Source: Amoebidium appalachense
Lineage: Eukaryota > Protista > Ichthyosporea
NCBI GenBank assembly: GCA_963693365.1
Contig: CAVNZM010000001.1
Span: forward strand, 10,628,161 to 10,692,160
Reading direction: 5' to 3'
Length of the DNA stretch: 64,000 nucleotides
How positions within the stretch are numbered: the stretch's first letter is position 1; the number at the start of each line of letters is the position of its first letter. This document shows positions 20,801-34,110 of the stretch, in pieces. A program made the position numbers and the translations under genes. The notes under the pieces are model-generated. The model was given only the letters and a program-made list of their open reading frames with translations. It was not told where the DNA came from and made no database searches.

Positions 20801-23144
20801 GATATTTGAGGAGCGCTTGGATAGTCTGACTGTGTGAAGTATGTATGCATCCAACATAAAAGATAGATATGTGTATTTATGTTAACATTGATAATCCGAG
20901 AGTCGGCCTGTTTTGGCCGGCCCAACACGTGCGCATGAGTTATGCATGCATAGACGCATACTGAGATAGGTGGGCACTACGGGCATCGGAAGCAATTGCA
21001 CAGGATATGCAAGATATCTATTTTTGCCTGTGGGATTTTCTGCAAGATGATCTTAGGCTGTAGTAATTGGGCTATGCCCAGGCCCCTTGCGACACATATT
21101 TTCTAACCTTTTTTTTTAGCCTAATAGATGCAGTGATAGTCTTTTCCTTCCATTTTGGAACTGTTATCTGCTTTTGTAGTAACTAGCACGTGTGTCATGG
21201 TAAAAAGGAACCTGGCGTCAATAAACACCTCGAGCAGTCAGCTGCAAACCCCCCCCCCTCCCCCCCGCCCTCCCCCCTCCCTCCCTCCCTGCTCACTTGC
21301 CCACCCTTCTCTTTCACTGATAGTTGAGATTCTTGGTTTACTATATTTGCCAAGATGCAATAGGGGGTAACTGGAAATGGGTGTTGCAAATTATACAGCT
21401 AATATATTTAAAACTGTACGCACCCCCTGCCTCCAATATAAGCCACGGGAGCACAATAACATGTTTGCAATCATGACGATGGGTTAGTCTAAGGAACAGT
21501 CCCACATGTTTCAACCTGCACAATGTAACATATTTCGAAATTTTGATCATGCGCGGAAGATTAACCACAGATCGAGCACACGACTCTACCACCACCAGTG
21601 TGTTAATATCCGTTATTCAATGATACATGGCACTATCACCCGAAAAAACATAAAATTTCGACGCCAGTCATGGATCGAGTCGTGCATGCATATGCACCGT
21701 CACCGTGCTAGTGCTTCGGGTGTCACAGTGTCCGCCATTGCGGGTCTTGCAAACGCTACCTGTATACACTATATTACTTGTGTACACTTGGTAATTTGAT
21801 TACATAAAATTAGTTTATCATGGTCGGGACGTCATGCGTTGACTTCCGGGCCCATGCCTTCGATCAGAACATCCCTCACTCACTTCGCTCACCGTCATAA
21901 AGTTTGGAAGGCCACGTGGCCACTAGTACTGAGGACAAAGACAAGTATGGAATTTATTGCTGGATGTCAAGACACATCAAGCTAGATGTAACACAAACAA
22001 ACACCTGCCTACAAGTATCCGCTTATGTGTGTGTGTGTGTGAATAGGTGCACGTGGGTGGGTGCGTATACGGTGTGTGGGTGCCACGTGTTGAAACGCGG
22101 GTCACGTTGTGCACGGCCATACATTCGTGTTTCCCTCCCACTTGTGTTGTTTTACGTAGAACCCACACTTTATGTACACTGAAATTTACATGCAAGTATT
22201 TAGGCACTTAGGCTACGCTTAGACAGAACTTTACAACACACACACAGACACAGACACACACTCACGCACGTTTTGGGTGACAGGCGTCCTGGCATATGGC
22301 AGCCAAAGTCTTTATGTCCGTAGGGGCATGTGGGAAGAAGAGGGGGAGGTTCCTATGGGGGTTCGTAGGGAAAGCACCCACAATTTGCAAGTGAAGGTAA
22401 TGCGCAGCTAAAAGCCTTGAAACATAGGCCGAAGACGAGGACCAAATTGTTATCGGTGGTGTGCATAGACAGATCTGGGAGTGCAAAGAGGCTCCCATTG
22501 TGTAGTGGAGGCGGGTTGCATGCATATTTCGGGGAGGTTTTGGGGGAAGGGGGGTAGAATATATGGGGGTTAGAAGAGGTGTGTGGGGATGGGGAGGGGG
22601 ACGGGGGGGGGGGGGGGAGGGGGGGGGGATGGGTGGTAGGAGGGTAGTTCCACAAGCATGGAAATCAGAATGAGACAGCAAAGGCTGCATATATCGTTTT
22701 TTTTTTATGTTTTCGAGGTGGGGTGGGGGGGGAGGGGGGGGGGGGGGGGGAGGAACCTGTGGATGTCTGTCTGAGGATGGCGATTGGGAGGGGGGGGGGG
22801 GGGGGGGGGACGTGGGGAGGGAGGGGGGGGAGGGGGGGGGGGGGGGGGAGAAGGGTATGGGTGGTGGATATGGAGGGAAGGAACAGGAGCAATGTGGGGC
22901 TGGGTGTACACTTTTGAGGCAGGCACTAGTTGGTGAGAGCAGATGGTGATATAGGGCCGGAAGTCTCCCATACACAACACACACACACAGAACCGTGCCT
23001 AAAAATGTAAATGTGGTTGCATGGTCACAAATTCAGAAACACTCAAGTATATCAACAAACGTGTGGTTTACGACAAATCATCAGTTAAATAGCTAATGCA
23101 GTTGCCATAAGGCATCTTCCTATGTGGGGCTGGCTGGTGAGGAA

Positions 23145-23200
<56 letters not shown>

Positions 23201-23667
23201 CGGGAGGGTGCAGGAAGAGAGAGAGAATGGAGGAGACAGGGTATAAGGGAGAGATGGCACGAATGTGCACAACGGTCGAATTGTTGAAGAAAATAATGTG
23301 TTCCTGTTATTGTGTTATCATTAACGTTAACAAGTGTAACATGTGTACCTGTGTGCGCTTCTATGCGTTAGAGTGTGTGTGCGCACCCATATCTGCTCGT
23401 GTGCAAGTCCTTTCATGCTTGTGTTTGTTTAGCCTGATTACGTACGTGCTTGCGCCATGGCCACAGTATCCAGCGTGTGTGTGTATGTAGCAAAAAACCT
23501 ATCCCCAACAGCTCCATAGCCCCTTTCATGCACAACCCTTCAACATCATAATCTCGCGGGTTACTCTATGTGGCTACCAAACAAACTAGCTTGTAAGTTT
23601 GATCTGAAAACATTCACCCACACTCTTCCCTCCTCCTTCTGGATACCCTATTCCCAGCCCCAGCCCC

Positions 23668-23698
<31 letters not shown>

Positions 23699-23844
23699 AC
23701 CCCCACCCCCCCACCCCTCTCCTTTCCCCCACATCACAAGCCAACCCACAAACGTTGTGTTCTCTTCACCCCGCATTCTGCCCCTGCAAGGCTCCTATGC
23801 AGAATCAAATGCAACCCACAACACACTCGTGCAAAAATATGCAA

Positions 23845-25160
23845 CTACTGTGAGCCAAGCCATATCGCATTAACACATTCCAAGGCACGCAAGTACATGG
23901 AAATACCGTGGTCCTCACAGGTTTGCAATGGGAATGTACTGCCATACTCGGCATGCAATACTCCATACATTACAGGCAGCTGCTCGTCTGTCAGCCCATT
24001 CCACCGGGGAGGATCTAAATGCACTGTTTCGTTGTCTTCCCCTGAAGGAATATCTGCAAACACACCATAGTTACTCGTTCTCCTCCACGACCTCGGGTGG
24101 GTCTGTCGGATTTGGATGTCAACCCTCAAGCCACAGCTGTAGAGGGGTCTTGTTGTGTTCTGTTGACAATGCATGATTGTCCCACATGGCTCTGAATCTA
24201 TCCAGAGCAGCCTGCATGCGAGGCTTGAAAACAATGTGCAGACAAAAGAGATGGACTTTGTTGTTCGGATCCAGCAAACCCTCTGCTTCCATCAGCATAA
24301 AAAGCTCCCAGAACAGACGTGTACACATGGAAAATACATCCCTCCACAATCTGCAGATATGGAAGAAAAGAATTAAGGGCCGTTCAACATCCACCCCCCC
24401 CCCCCCCCCTGTATATCTCTCTCTCTCACACTCTCTTTCTCCCTCCCTCCCTCCCTCCCTCCCTCCCTCCGTCCTTCCCTCCCCCTACCCACCTACACAC
24501 CATCCCTCCCTCCCTTCCACCATCCCTCCCACCCCCTCCCCCACCCCCTCCCTCCCTCCCTCCCTCCCTCCTTTCCTCTATCCCTCCCTCCCTCCCGTCC
24601 TCCCTCCCTCCCTCTCTCCTTCTCTCTCACCCCCCAGGGGGGAGGGGGGGAAGGGGATGGCATCTATCTACCTCCAGGATCTTCTTTTTATCAAGACCTG
24701 TTGCAGCATTACGGTTCCTCTGTAATATTTGCATCTTTCCTACCCACCCAACCAGGGTCTCCCCCCATCTTCTCCCTCCTGCCCCAGGCATTCTCAGGTT
24801 ATGTGCATAGTGGTGGTATTTGGGCTGGAAGGGGGTTGGGGAATGGAGGGGACGGTCGTGGTGGGAAATGAAAGGAGGGTGACTTTTTTTTTCCCCCCAT
24901 CAAAGGGGGAGGTGGGGGCGTGGAGGGGAAGAAGGGTTTAGGAGCGATCAGATTTAGGGAGTGGGGAGGGGGCCAGGGGGGGGGGGGGGGGGGGAGGGAG
25001 GGGATTTGGGAGTTTGGGATTCAGGGAGTAGGGTTGGGGGATATGAGGGGGGGGGAGGGGGGGAAAGGAGGAGGATGGAAGAGGGAAGCGGACGGGGGGG
25101 GGGGGGGGGGGAGGGGGGTATCTTAACGTGCGCATGGACGCGAGGGTGTAAATTTCACAA

Positions 25161-25222
<62 letters not shown>

Positions 25223-26925
25223 TTCCCCCTCAAAAACAAATGAATTAAAAAGCAGCTGCCATCGGTTTTTATTTCTTGTGCAGAGTGTATTCGGAATATT
25301 CCTTGCCCCATTGATCAATAATTGACCTTTTTCGTTTAGTCCTATGTGACAGGCCTAGGGATGTTTGGGGAACCGGGGGGGGGGGGGGGCATAGTTTTGA
25401 ATAGTTTAAGCATGCATCTATTAACAACTCAGTACGTGTGTCCCTTATAGCACCCAATAAAGCACATTCTTTACCTTTGAATTCTCTGATTGTGCACGGA
25501 CCGGCCGCGAATATAGCTTCCATGTCCACGCAGGCGCACCATGGCAGCTTCTACATCATTATTCTCCGTTCCAAGATCCCCGCGCACACGCAGCGGGCAC
25601 CCAAAGGCATCTGGTTGCACCGCAAGATCAAACTGCGCTCCGGGGGTTTCAGCATGGTTGTTGTCAGCAAGGTGCGGGTACACGACACGCCTGCGTGGCA
25701 TGGAGTGGAAGAAGACACACTGTTTAAGCCATAGTGGTCTTTTTTGCCTAGTACCATAACACGCTGCCAGTGTGATTATTCTGAGTGGGACAAACGAGAC
25801 AAAAGATGTGTGGAACATGTGCATGAGCGTTTGCCGATTCATAAATGCGACTTGTGCGAATGCACAACACTTGTGTGCTTAATTCTTTGCATGCGCAGTG
25901 TGGCTGTGTGTGTGCACATGTATGTATGTGCGGCATGGCGTAAATGCGCACGTGCTTATTCTGGCGTGCGCGTTTGTGCACGTGTGCACGTGCCTGCACA
26001 CAGTGTTTGTGTGTGTGGTGCTTGTGGGTTTGGGTGTTCCTATGGACGTTCAGTGCCCACTCTGTGTGGACAGTGTTTGTGTGATTGTGAGTGCCCATGT
26101 GCCTATGTTCTCGCATGTGCACGCGATCTACGCACGTGTGTGCATGTGTACGTGTGTATATGCAAGGCGGTTTCATGTGCACAAGCTTGTGCATGCACAC
26201 GAGTGTGAATGTTTATGTGTACACGGCCTGTCTACACACCTGCATTTGTGTGTGTGCATGCACGGTCGCACGACATGCCATCTCGAAGACGCACGAAAAG
26301 AGGTGGGGGGAGAAAAAAATACTATTTCTTTTTTTGGTGGGGGGGGGGGGGGGGGGTTTGAATGCGGAACACGGTACGAAGTGCGCATACACGAAGGACA
26401 CATGCAAAGGCAAACATTCAAGTATGCAACATCATCCATGCGCACAGTATGCGTCATAAGCAGAGCCCATCCTCAGTGAGGGCCCAAGTCATCAATTGCG
26501 TCTGAGTTTCGACCCCTTAGCCCGCGTATATACGGCTCTCCAACTCAGACAGCACCATCAACTGAACTTGGGAGGGTCAACCCGTCTTGATCAAAGACGA
26601 GAGGGTTGCTTATGCAAGCAAGGTGAGCAAAACGGTGGATATGTGTGTGCAAACTAATGCAGTGCAGCGGAAAATGTGTATGTGCTTACAGATGCAGGAC
26701 ACAGAGCAACCATTCCCGGTTGCATGGAAGTAAAGCGGTCTCCACACAGTGGTCTGTCCTGAAAGGACACCTCTGAAAGAAGACTGGGGGGGTTTGAATG
26801 CGGATCACGGTACGAAGTACGCATACACGAAGGACACATGCAAAGGCAAACATTCAAGTATGCAACATCAGCCATCCTTACGTGTGCACAGGCGTCATAA
26901 GCAGAGCCCATCCTCAGGGAGGGCT

Positions 26926-26956
<31 letters not shown>

Positions 26957-28609
26957 TAGAGTAACGGAGTTCGAAAGAGAACTAGATGTAATAAACAATA
27001 GTTTAGTGCACTAAATCTTAATTGCAGAGAGTTTATTTGTTTCGTTTGGAAACATTTCACCATGGTACTGAATCTCTTGTTTAAGTGACGGTAGAAGAGA
27101 TGAATGCTGGAAGGAGGAGCTGAAGGGAGGGGAGGGAAGGGAAGAAGGAAGACAGGGGCGGAGGGGGAGGGCATTTTTAGGTGGGGGAGGACAAAGGTTA
27201 AAGGGGGGACTGGGGGGGGGGGGGGGGGTTGGAGGAGGAGGGGGGGGGGGGGGGGGTTGGAGGAGGAAGGGGGTGGGCGGGGGAGGGGGGGCAAGGAAGC
27301 AAACAGACCAATCAGATGAATGCCATTGATTTAATGTCAAATTCAAGAGTGACTTGAAGGAAATAAAAACCAATCAACCCAGCAATTAGGGCAAAAATAA
27401 GAAAGTAATAAGAAACACGAAGATCCCCCCCCCCCCCCCCCCCCCCCCCCCGAAAACGAAGTTTGACTAGGAAAGGAAAGATAGATGCACGCGAAAAATT
27501 TGGGGGGAAGGAGGGGGGGGGAGGGGGGGGGCACTCATCAACTTTGGCTGGAGGGGGGGGGGGGGGGGGGGGGGAGAGGGGGGGGGGGGATCCGAGAAAG
27601 AGAGAGAGAGATAGCCAAAGAGAGCCTCGGAGACATAGCGAGAGAGAGAGAGAGAAAGAAGAGTCTGAGAGAGAGAGAGAGGGAGAGAGAGAGATTCTGA
27701 TAGAGAGAGAGAGAAGAGAGACACACACAGAGAGAGAGAGAGGGAGAGAGAAAGAGAGAGAGGAGAGAGAGAGAACCTGATGTTACATGCAGAATGCAGG
27801 TGAGTGCCACGAATTCCCATCAAGAGAATTATTTATGTTTTTAGGCAACACGCCCTTTAAGGTTCCTCGACACAGTAGCACCTACGTGCTGGCAATCACT
27901 GCAATAGTGTCAGCAGAATGCCATTAAGCTGGTATAACCTGTTTTCAAAGTAGGGGTTTTCATACATACACACCACAGCCTTGGCCGTGATATAAATACA
28001 GCTTCTGTATACTAAGAAAAAAGCTTACGAATTAGAAATGCCAGGTACTTGGCTAGCATGCAACGTTGTCATGTTCAGCACCAAGGGCTGCTTACCGGGA
28101 ATATCCATCTATCATGCCGTGTATGACAAGATGCCACCGAATAAACCTGTGGTTGCCATCCTGGTGCCATAGATGATTTGGCCCAGCCACATTGTAGGCA
28201 CGTCGAACAACTGCATATAATTTTCTCGCTAGTGTACCCAGAGGGTCAACAACACGTAGTGCATCACGCACTTGAGCCCTTGGCACCCGCAGCCCCTGGT
28301 AATTTTTTAACAATGGTTATTTTATGATTAATTTGTGTGTTGCTGTATATGCCAATGATGTGTGTTAAGTTTATAAATTTTAACGAGAGTGGGCAATAAT
28401 GGTACGTGCTTCAATGCGCCGCTCAGATGCACAACAGTGTGCCTGGGTGTGCTTGTATTATCGTGTGTGTTTGGGTGTGCCAGAGGAGAAGCTCAGCTAT
28501 GTATGTATGTGTGCATGTCTGTGTAACGTGTGTGTGCCGTTGAGTGTGTGTGTGTGTGTGTGGTGCACGTGGTGGTGGTGGTGGTGGTGGTGGTGGGTGG
28601 TGGGTAGGT

Positions 28610-28650
<41 letters not shown>

Positions 28651-29403
28651 GGGGGGGGGGGATCGATGGGGGGGGGAAGCATGTGTTTGCCACAAGTGAG
28701 TGTGTGTGTGACGGTGCATATGTGTAGGAGATGAGGGTGTGGGTGCTAGTGAGTGCCATTGTCACGTTGTGTGGGACATGTGGGGGGGAAGGGCAGGGGG
28801 GGGGGGGGGTCATTTACGCCCACCATGCTGCGTAGCTTCCCTTGTGTTGCAACAACTCCATAATACGGATCATTTTCGTTGCACCGTCTCACTATTTCAA
28901 CAATGGTCGCAAAGGGACCCGTGAATTAGGGTCAATGCCTTCCTCCTGCAATCTGCGCGCTATGGTGTCTCTGCTAACACCAAACTTCCCAGCCAAATCG
29001 ACTTGAGAATATCCGAACTCAATTAAATCTCGAAGAACATCAGGCGAGATGCGAATCTTAGGCGCACCACGTCGCCATTACGCTCGAGCGTTACAAATTG
29101 TGCCCAGTCGGGTGAAGAACTGTCAAGGAAATCTTTTTCCTTAGTGACTAAGTTTTATGCTGATGTTGCTATATCTAACAAGCTGGTGCGTTGCTCGTGG
29201 GGCAGAAAGGGTTCTAGTGCATCGATCATTAACAAGAGGTCATCCAGGGCATCGATAAGGTTTTCACGGTTGTCAAGCGTGTGGTCAGCGGCGTACACGC
29301 TTGCTGCCACCTCTACTGTCCTGACAACAGAGCTGATATACCCGCTAACAGTTGGTAAATGCTGGTCCCTTGGGTGCACGCCGCCCACACCGGCTGCGGC
29401 CAT
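23845..29403 (-). pseudogene. Spliced eukaryotic IS3/IS481-like (IS3EU-type) DDE transposase; exons 29403-28824, 28295-28096, 25690-25475, 24350-23845
   Basis: HTH region GYSQVDLAGKFGVSRDTIARRL. Core motifs RRAYNVAGPNHLWHQDGNHRFIRW...IDGYSR, RVRGDLGTEN and RSVHNQRIQRLWRDV, then WDNHALSTEHNKTPLQLW. All three introns are GT-AG and in phase. There are stops and frameshifts, and Q at the expected catalytic E. Element ends not found. Confidence 0.85.
26357..26917 (+). repeat. Two further copies of the same ~125-bp dispersed repeat
   Basis: Copies at ~26357-26476 and ~26793-26917 match 13047-13180. Confidence 0.85.
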
Positions 29404-30205
29404 TTTTGCTGAGGGAAGTTGTTTGCAGAAGTCAACATTTGTATAGTGATCGAGTGGAACACCTAGGAAGTGGCAGTCCAAAGTCATTTGGACGGCTGCG
29501 ACATCGAAATGTGATGGGAATATGAATTTGAACACGGATGAAAGTCGGCTGGGGGACGGATGGTCACAGCTAACTATGTTTTGGACAAGGAAAAGACTGA
29601 GGACGCCAGGTCCCGGAAGCCGTGATGTGTATTGATCTGGGGGGCTTCCGTGTCTGGGGTGACTCGATGTATGCTATTACGTCACACGGCTTAGGTTCAT
29701 CTGATGTGATTGGCTGACGATCTAAAAATTATCGGTGCTATTGCATACCACATACCAATCGATGATTGGTGAATTCAGTGCGACAGTTATCTCATTTCCG
29801 TTACAAAAGTCGCGCCGCGTTTTAGCCATCAGTCAGTTTCTTCTTTCCTCACTTTTCTTCACTTCAAAAAGCTAAAAAGCATATATATTTCGAACTTAGC
29901 AGTTTTCTGTCTGTATTTCGGCTCGAGCAACCCTCCCACTCCACCATCCAGGGACGATCCGAACCTTCACAACTTGATACTCGCAGGTGAGGGTTCTTAT
30001 CATATATACGTCTAGCTGCATTTGTTGTTACAGTCTGATTGGCCTTTCAAGTGGCAAGGCTGCATCTGCATTCTCATTGGCACATATTCTTTTTTTGAAA
30101 TAACCAATATGATCGGATATGTATCATCTTTGTCTATAAGCATTATTTTCGTCCTAAAAAAGCTATGTTTCGAAACTACGGTTCAAGGTGCTGCTCATGA
30201 TGGGG

Positions 30206-32229
30206 GTTTACACACTTTTTATTGCGTGGACACTGCCGGATAAGGGTATGTACATCTATCTGGAAATTCTCGGGAAATTTAGGTACCTTGCGGGAAAGGA
30301 AAGTTGCCGGAAAGATAGGTTAAATTTTGGGAAAGGAGCGAGAAATTTAGCATATCGTGGGATAGATGATCTTGTTTGATCCGAGCGATCTATCTCGGGA
30401 ATTTCGAAAAAAGTAGGCCGGAAAGATCCAAATTTCTCGTGGTCTAGGGGTATGTATGTGGTATATAGGGTATGGTTTACGGGCTTTTGCCCTCTTCCTT
30501 TGGAAGGCACATGATTGGACTGCAAGATGGACTGCAAGACTCGTAAACAAACCAAAAAAGGTGGGAGTTTTAACCATGTCCAATGACATTGTTTTCCTGA
30601 GAGAGGGGCGATGGGATTGTTTGTAATCCAATCAAAGTGAGCATAACAAGAGCTTGACTAGCAATAAATGGCCGGAACAGGTTTTTGGCGGGCCCGCCAG
30701 TGCAGCCTAAGCACCACTTTAAAAAAATTACTTTTGGAGGGAAACGATTGTAGTGGCTGAAATCGAAAGATTAATGTAATTGGCAGCATTCAACCAATGA
30801 AAACAAATGTTTGCAAGCGATTGTTGACACTTTGGAAAGGTATATATGCTGGAACTTGCATTTGACAGAAACACCGTACGATTTCTACTTGTACTCGAAT
30901 CTCTTCAAAATGGCCTCATTCTCTGCTGCAGCTGTCAGCATTACGAAACGTAAAAGTACCACTTCCACTTTTCTGGTGGCCGATCTCCTTGCCACTGAGC
31001 CCACCAACCATGAAGTGTGTGCGTGTGTGCGCGTGTGTGCCTGTGTACACTTTGTGCGCGTGCGTGTGTATATGTGTTTGTGTGTGTCTGCACATATTGC
31101 GTATACGTAGGCCACTAGTGGGTCACTGGGTGGGCCGCACGGTGCTGGGGAAAATGTTAAATTATATAAGTATTTGGGACAGAAGCAGAGACACAGTGGT
31201 GCAGTGTGAAAACACCACAGACACACAACAACAAAACACGGAACGATCGGAGCAGTGTACACAACAGACATCAATGTTTAGACACGACTGAACTCAATTT
31301 ATTTTGATCTTCGAATAAATACCTGAAATTCCTTTAAGTCTAATCCATACATGATTTCCGACCAGTCGGAAATCAGATCTGTCTCTAATAAAAACCAATC
31401 ACTAAGAACCAATTGCTTTCAGAGAGATCTGGTACGCGGAGACGTACACGATAGGACACAGACACTAGTTAAGATCAACTCGTGTCATTATCAAGGAAGT
31501 TCTAACCTATGACACACTGCAAAGACTCAGACATATCACACTTAACCTTGATGATTGGTTAAAGCCCGGCAACACATGAAAACTAAAGTAAATTAATGAA
31601 GTCTAATCACACATGTTATTCTAAGTGTAGCCTAAGTGTGTTACCGTCCAATCAACACATATTAAGTAACACAAATCTACCTAACATATATTAGTAGAAA
31701 AGAAATACGATTATACACATGAAGACAAGGAGAGAAAGAAAAGAAAATAAGGAAGGAGAAAGAGAAAGGAAAAGAGAGCACAGATCAACAAACAAGATAG
31801 TAATAATATAACTATAACCAGAGATATTTATGTACACACAAACATGTACACGTCTCTCCCTGAGTGGGTGGATCCGTGTACACACATATAAATATTCTAA
31901 TCGATATTACAATACACGATTGAAGCCGATACAACACGATTACAAGTATACAAGCATATCGGAGATCGATGCTACACTTTACGTAATAGGTGTGTGGCAT
32001 TTACACTAAGCATATGAACTGAAACATAACACAAACTGAGAAGATCTTACCATATGTAAATACTACGTGGTACAACAGAAAAGGCTGGGATGGCGAGAAA
32101 TTTCGAAAGAAATTTAGGTAGCTTTCGAGAAAGACAGGAAATTTCTTAGAAAGATAGGTACCTGGTGGGAAAGATTTTGGGAAAGATAGGTTCATTTTTC
32201 AAGAATTTCCGGGAAAGGATCTAGGAAAG
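30206..32229. mobile_element. Unclassified element fragment with GAAAGATAGG / GAAATTT-type short repeats
   Basis: Starts with the recurrent motif GGTTTACACACTTTTTATTGCGTGGACACTGCCGGA. Clusters of related short repeats at 30255-30440 and 32090-32229. Hosts a solo LTR and abuts the LINE 3' end. Confidence 0.45.
31155..32077. mobile_element. Solo LTR (family C)
   Basis: TGTTAA...ACAACA termini; 5-bp TSD GAAAA at 31150-31154 and 32078-32082. Inverted homolog of 41994-42928. Confidence 0.9.
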
Positions 32230-32304
32230 TTTTTCTTTTGACTGGATTTATTCGACGGAAAGATATGCAAGTATGCACGGCATACTGAGAAGACAATAAA
32301 AACT

Positions 32305-33442
32305 TCACGAGTTATCCAGTAACAAGTGCATACTGAGATACCTGAACACTGTGTGAAAATCATATAAATACTCAATGTGACGACCAACAGAATTCTCTAA
32401 AGTGTTCACATTGCCAGCTAGTGTAGCAGATACCCGTAGGGAAAGAGGTAAAACGCGACATAAAAATTCACACCTATCAACATGCTTGCGATTAAAAAGG
32501 TCAGCACAAAAGTGGCACCAGCGGCGATGAAAACAAGAATTACAGCGCCACTGCACAACTTCCCAGGCAATATCAACATCAGAGCACCATACAGACTTAT
32601 CTACTAGGGTGGTATCCATACGTACAGCAGGAGAAATGTATCCTGCCAAAGCTCCCAAAAAGCGATAATGATCAGTACGGTGTTGCCTAAGGAACATAAC
32701 ACATGCCGACTGAGTTTTACCTTTGATTTCTCTATCAGAACGAGAAAGAAACTTATACTGCGTATGGTAATAACGCGAAAAGACAGAAAAAACAGGAAGA
32801 GAAAAGAAAGAGGGAGTGAGATAGCGAGAGGAAGAATCAGGTGGAAAGAGGGTAGGCTGAGGACATTCAGAAGTAGCGTTGGTGAATCGGGGGGGAAGAG
32901 GGATGGAGGGAGGGGGGGGAAAGAAAGCATAAAGAGGGTGACCATCAGGTAGCCTAACTAAATGAAAACAAAAATGAAGAGACAATTCCTCCATACGACA
33001 AACAGCAGACGACAATCCAAACATACTGATTAAGGGAGGCACAAACCGAGTACGAAACACCAAGTGCGCAGCGCAGTACCCTGAAAATCGTCGAACTCGT
33101 TCAGCGCCATTGCCGCCTCGCGAGGTGGAGCGCAGGCCAATAGCGGAAGTCCATATTCGAAAGTCGGCCGTAAAAAAGTTTTATAGTAGAGAAGAAGGTT
33201 CGCAGGATGGATCACAGACTCCTGTTGAAACATAATTGACACGATGTGAAGCTTACCCTTCGCACGAGCGATCCGTGCCGTGAGGAGCTTGCGGAAATCA
33301 ATACCCCGTGCAGTAAAAGGAATACCCAAATAGTCATAGGTGCTCTGAACAGGAATAGGAACTTCAAGACCGGCCAATCGAAAGGAAGTGTTCTTCGAAA
33401 AAGTAGCACACTTTGCAATTCCGACTGTCATGAGATTCTCGG
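32305..33442 (-). pseudogene. LINE ORF2 3' part (RT thumb and C-terminal zinc finger)
   Basis: YDYLGIPF, YKTFLRPTFEYGL and CHFCADLFNRKHVDRC; one frameshift near 33050; stop at 32305. Confidence 0.88.
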
Positions 33443-33530
33443 TGTCGTATCTGTTGGAAGATGGTATCGTTATCCAGTCCGATCGCATGAATCAGATCAT
33501 GATCGGCTGGTGGCCTGCGAGATCTTAACC

Positions 33531-33603
33531 GATCTCGTAGCTCAGTTGGTAGAGCACTCGACCGGAGATAGAGGGGTCGCGGGTTCAAATCCCGTCGGGA
33601 TCA
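33531..33603 (+). tRNA. tRNA-like gene in the TRIM 5' LTR (probably Phe-derived; anticodon now GGA)
   Basis: Cloverleaf: acceptor GATCTCG/CGGGATC, D arm GCTC/GAGC, anticodon arm CTCGA/TAGAG with loop CCGGAGA, T arm GCGGG-TTCAAAT-CCCGT. Intact A and B boxes; TTTTT at 33606-33610. Confidence 0.85.
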
Positions 33604-33900
33604 TCTTTTTCTCATCCTCTTCTCGCTGGGGTAAAAGCCAGCACGCCTTTACTGGCGTCATCACAACCATCGGCAGTGGTTAGGTTGTGATCTCAAGGCT
33701 AGCAAGATCGCTAGTCTCTGCACCAGGACAAAATCCAAAATGGTAGCATGAACAGGGGTTCAGTGGGGACTGAGGGGGCAGTCCACCCTAACCTGATTCT
33801 GCGATTCGTCCTGAGTGGGGATGTTGGAAGATGGTATCGTTATCCAGTCCGATCGCATGAATCAGATCATGATCGGCTGGTGGCCTGCGAGATCTTAACC

Positions 33901-33973
33901 GATCTCGTAGCTCAGTTGGTAGAGCACTCGACCGGAGATAGAGGGGTCGCGGGTTCAAATCCCGTCGGGATCA
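33901..33973 (+). tRNA. Identical tRNA-like gene in the TRIM 3' LTR
   Basis: Exact copy of 33531-33603. Confidence 0.85.
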
Positions 33974-34110
33974 TCTTTTTCTCATCCTCTTCTCGCTGGG
34001 GTAAAAGCCAGCACGCCTTTACTGGCGTCATCACAACCATCGGCAGTGGTTAGGTTGTGATCTCAAGGCTAGCAAGATCGCTAGTCTCTGCACCAGGACA
34101 AAATCCAAAA

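Larger units (their letters stand above)
33452..34110 (+). mobile_element. TRIM (miniature non-autonomous LTR retrotransposon) with a tRNA-like gene in each LTR
   Basis: Two identical 289-bp LTRs (33452-33740, 33822-34110) with termini TGTTGGA...TCCAAAA. PBS TGGTAGCA at 33741 (initiator Met tRNA type). PPT GAGTGGGGA just before LTR2. 81-bp non-coding interior. Confidence 0.92.

Noticed and set aside
22262-22520. Possible minus-strand exon ending in a GTGAGT donor
   Set aside because: No recognisable motif and no compatible partner exons.
30206-30240. GGTTTA... motif as a spliced-leader exon (resembles the start of nematode SL1)
   Set aside because: It does not end in AG before a GT donor, and no Sm site is evident.
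33531-33973. Two functional tRNA-Ser(GGA) genes
   Set aside because: There is no long variable arm, C replaces U33, the anticodon stem is mismatched, and both copies lie within LTRs.
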